Assembly: GCA_036501665.1 (NCBI GenBank)
Contig: DASXZW010000024.1
Coordinates: forward strand, 1-27,895
Length of the DNA: 27,895 nucleotides
Reading direction: 5' to 3'
Origin: Verrucomicrobiia bacterium
Lineage (GTDB): Bacteria; Verrucomicrobiota; Verrucomicrobiia; Limisphaerales; Palsa-1400
Shown: positions 26,208 to 27,895 of the stretch, piece after piece
How positions within the stretch are numbered: the stretch's first letter is position 1
Layout: every line of letters starts with the position of its first letter
Made by a program: the position numbers and the translations under genes
The notes under the pieces: generated by a model
What the model was told of the DNA's origin: nothing
The model's database searches: none
What the model saw: the letters and a program-made list of their open reading frames with translations, nothing else

Positions 26208-27895
26208 ATCAGCGGGAATTTCAGATGAACCTAACGAAATCAAGTGCTCGCTGCGCAATTCGGCACTTGAAGCGTGGCGTGTTCCCGCCAGATGAGATTG
26301 AGCATTTCACGGCGGGCCGCGACTCCGAGTGCAAAGCTCTCAACATCGCCCTTAAAGAAGCAGAACAGGGGGGAAACCGCCATTTCTTTATCGAAGCGAG
26401 CTATGGCGTGGGCAAATCACACATGCTCAAGCTCGTTGAGTCACTTGCACTACGAAATGGCTTCGCGGTGTGCTGGGTAACTACTGACGGTTACGCGCAC
26501 GCTTTCAACCATCCTACCCGCTATTTGCACACCCTTCTCGAGAACATGAGAGTTCCAGGTTTGCACAGAAACGGGTTCGCTCAAGCGTGTTCGCATTGGC
26601 TCAAGAACCGCGAACGCGACAACCTACTTACTCGCGTTAAGAGTCAGCCTAACAATGCGCTTCACTGGCCTATTATCCGCATGAGTATGGAAAACGGTGA
26701 CGAGGGCGACTATAAGGATTACTATCTGGGTAACCTAGAGTGCCGCGATCTACAGCATAGAAACGGTCAAGCGTTTTTTGATTGTGTGTATGACCGCATC
26801 GCGTCAATGAACTCGGTGTGTCGTTCTGTAAGTTTAAAAGGAACTGTGTTTCTATTCGACGAAGTTGAATCCGTGGCTACTCTTTTGGTTAATATTCGTT
26901 CTCGTCTTCTTTCTTACGAGTTAATGAATGCATTCACCGATGCTCGCCGATTTCCAAATTCTGTATTTGTATTCGCCACCACCCTCGATTTCAGTGTTAA
27001 GATTCATTACGAGCTGAATGCTTACGAACTCCAAAACTATGCGTATCCAGAAGGCAATCGTTTCGCAAAAAAGTGGATTTCAAAAGGCATAAATCTTCTC
27101 AAGTTAGAAGGAATCAGCCAAGGAAATAATCGAGTACTGTTGCGTAATATTCGGACCGCCCACGAGACCGCCTACGAATGGGTGGCAACCGAAAAGATCA
27201 GCGACCATTTCATCGATCGGTTCCTCAAAAAGGCCAATGATCTTCCTCAGCGTGAGATTACGAGGAGCTTCGTCACTATTCTGGAAATCTCACATCAACA
27301 TCCCACCTGCTGCCCGGCAACCGAATTCCTTGGCGAGGCGTCGCCCACGCCGCAAATTGTGGAGGGCAATGACTCTAGGGTGGTTCGGGAGACCTTTGGT
27401 TCACAGGACGTACCACCATCGCCATGCACTCCGCAAGCGGAGTCGACTTCGGCATCACGTTCTTCTAAAGCAGAGCCGCCAAAAAACCAGTCAACTCCTG
27501 ATTCGTCAACTGTTACGCATGAAACGCCGTTGCCAGATCAAAACCTTAGTTCCTTTCCGCAGCTTGGTTCTTCCACGGCACCATTGACTACTCCAAACAC
27601 TGGCCTATTGCCGTGCGTTCATTGCTTTGCATCAGTAAGGTCTGACCGTATGGGAAGGCATATTGCTCGGTTTCACGCAGGTTTGCAGCCGCCAACCAAT
27701 GTTGCGCCAATGGAAGCCACCGTGGACCAGCCGGGCAAATCAACATCAAATAGCGCGGAAGGCACTTTCACCAGCACCTCAATCTGTTTGGTGCCGTGTA
27801 ATTATTGCTTTTGCATGGTCAGATCTGACAGATTGCAACGACACATACAACGTGTGCATTCAGGGCAACATCGTCCTCCAAGTCCCAATGACTAG
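26198..27895 (+). CDS. BrxC/BrxD (DUF2791)-like P-loop ATPase with Ser/Thr/Pro-rich linker and two C-terminal C2H2-like zinc fingers
   Basis: 565 aa; FFIEASYGVGKSHMLKLVESLALRNGFAVCWVTTD; TVFLFDEVESVA; CVHCFASVRSDRMGRHIARFH and CNYCFCMVRSDRLQRHIQRVH; alternative start ATG 26225. Confidence 0.75.
   Translation: MGLNQREFQMNLTKSSARCAIRHLKRGVFPPDEIEHFTAGRDSECKALNIALKEAEQGGNRHFFIEASYGVGKSHMLKLVESLALRNGFAVCWVTTDGYAHAFNHPTRYLHTLLENMRVPGLHRNGFAQACSHWLKNRERDNLLTRVKSQPNNALHWPIIRMSMENGDEGDYKDYYLGNLECRDLQHRNGQAFFDCVYDRIASMNSVCRSVSLKGTVFLFDEVESVATLLVNIRSRLLSYELMNAFTDARRFPNSVFVFATTLDFSVKIHYELNAYELQNYAYPEGNRFAKKWISKGINLLKLEGISQGNNRVLLRNIRTAHETAYEWVATEKISDHFIDRFLKKANDLPQREITRSFVTILEISHQHPTCCPATEFLGEASPTPQIVEGNDSRVVRETFGSQDVPPSPCTPQAESTSASRSSKAEPPKNQSTPDSSTVTHETPLPDQNLSSFPQLGSSTAPLTTPNTGLLPCVHCFASVRSDRMGRHIARFHAGLQPPTNVAPMEATVDQPGKSTSNSAEGTFTSTSICLVPCNYCFCMVRSDRLQRHIQRVHSGQHRPPSPND

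Noticed and set aside
20200-27895. Direct assignment of the ATPase module to canonical BREX or DISARM
   Set aside because: No PglZ, BrxA/B/L, adenine or cytosine methyltransferase, or large helicase recognised in the window; only P-loop similarity supports a link
1-27895. CRISPR arrays, tRNA or rRNA genes
   Set aside because: No regularly spaced direct-repeat array with spacers and no tRNA/rRNA-like sequence noticed by eye

Overview
The window looks like part of a conjugative or mobilisable element joined to a 7-deazaguanine DNA-modification/defence island. Left part (~0.5-10.6 kb): an HNH-type protein; a minus-strand operon with small helix-turn-helix proteins and a MobF/TrwC-type relaxase-helicase; then a plus-strand set of TraK-, TraL- and TraM-like proteins, a VirD4/TraD-like coupling ATPase and a divergent-AAA (HATPase_c_4) regulator. 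Middle (10.8-14.0 kb): five tightly coupled genes queF-queC-queE-queD-folE2, enough for preQ0 and, through QueF, preQ1. Right part (14.2-27.9 kb): a ParB-like Cys-rich protein (possibly DpdB-like) overlapping a DpdA-like transglycosylase (TGT/ArcS fold) with intact catalytic and zinc motifs, followed by a terminator-like hairpin. Beyond that lie a zinc-ribbon protein, a bEBP-like AAA+ ATPase with a degenerate GAFTGA loop, a phospholipase-D-like (DpdK-like) protein, three ATPases sharing a YGxGK(T/S)H P-loop, one HerA/FtsK-like ATPase, two proteins I could not assign, and a tandem C2H2 zinc-finger tail on the last ATPase. The most interesting hypothesis is a variant Dpd-type system that is QueF-linked (possible preQ1-type base) and has an ATPase-rich module with no recognisable helicase in view. 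The system may continue past the right edge. All family calls come from motif recognition by eye; no database search was run.
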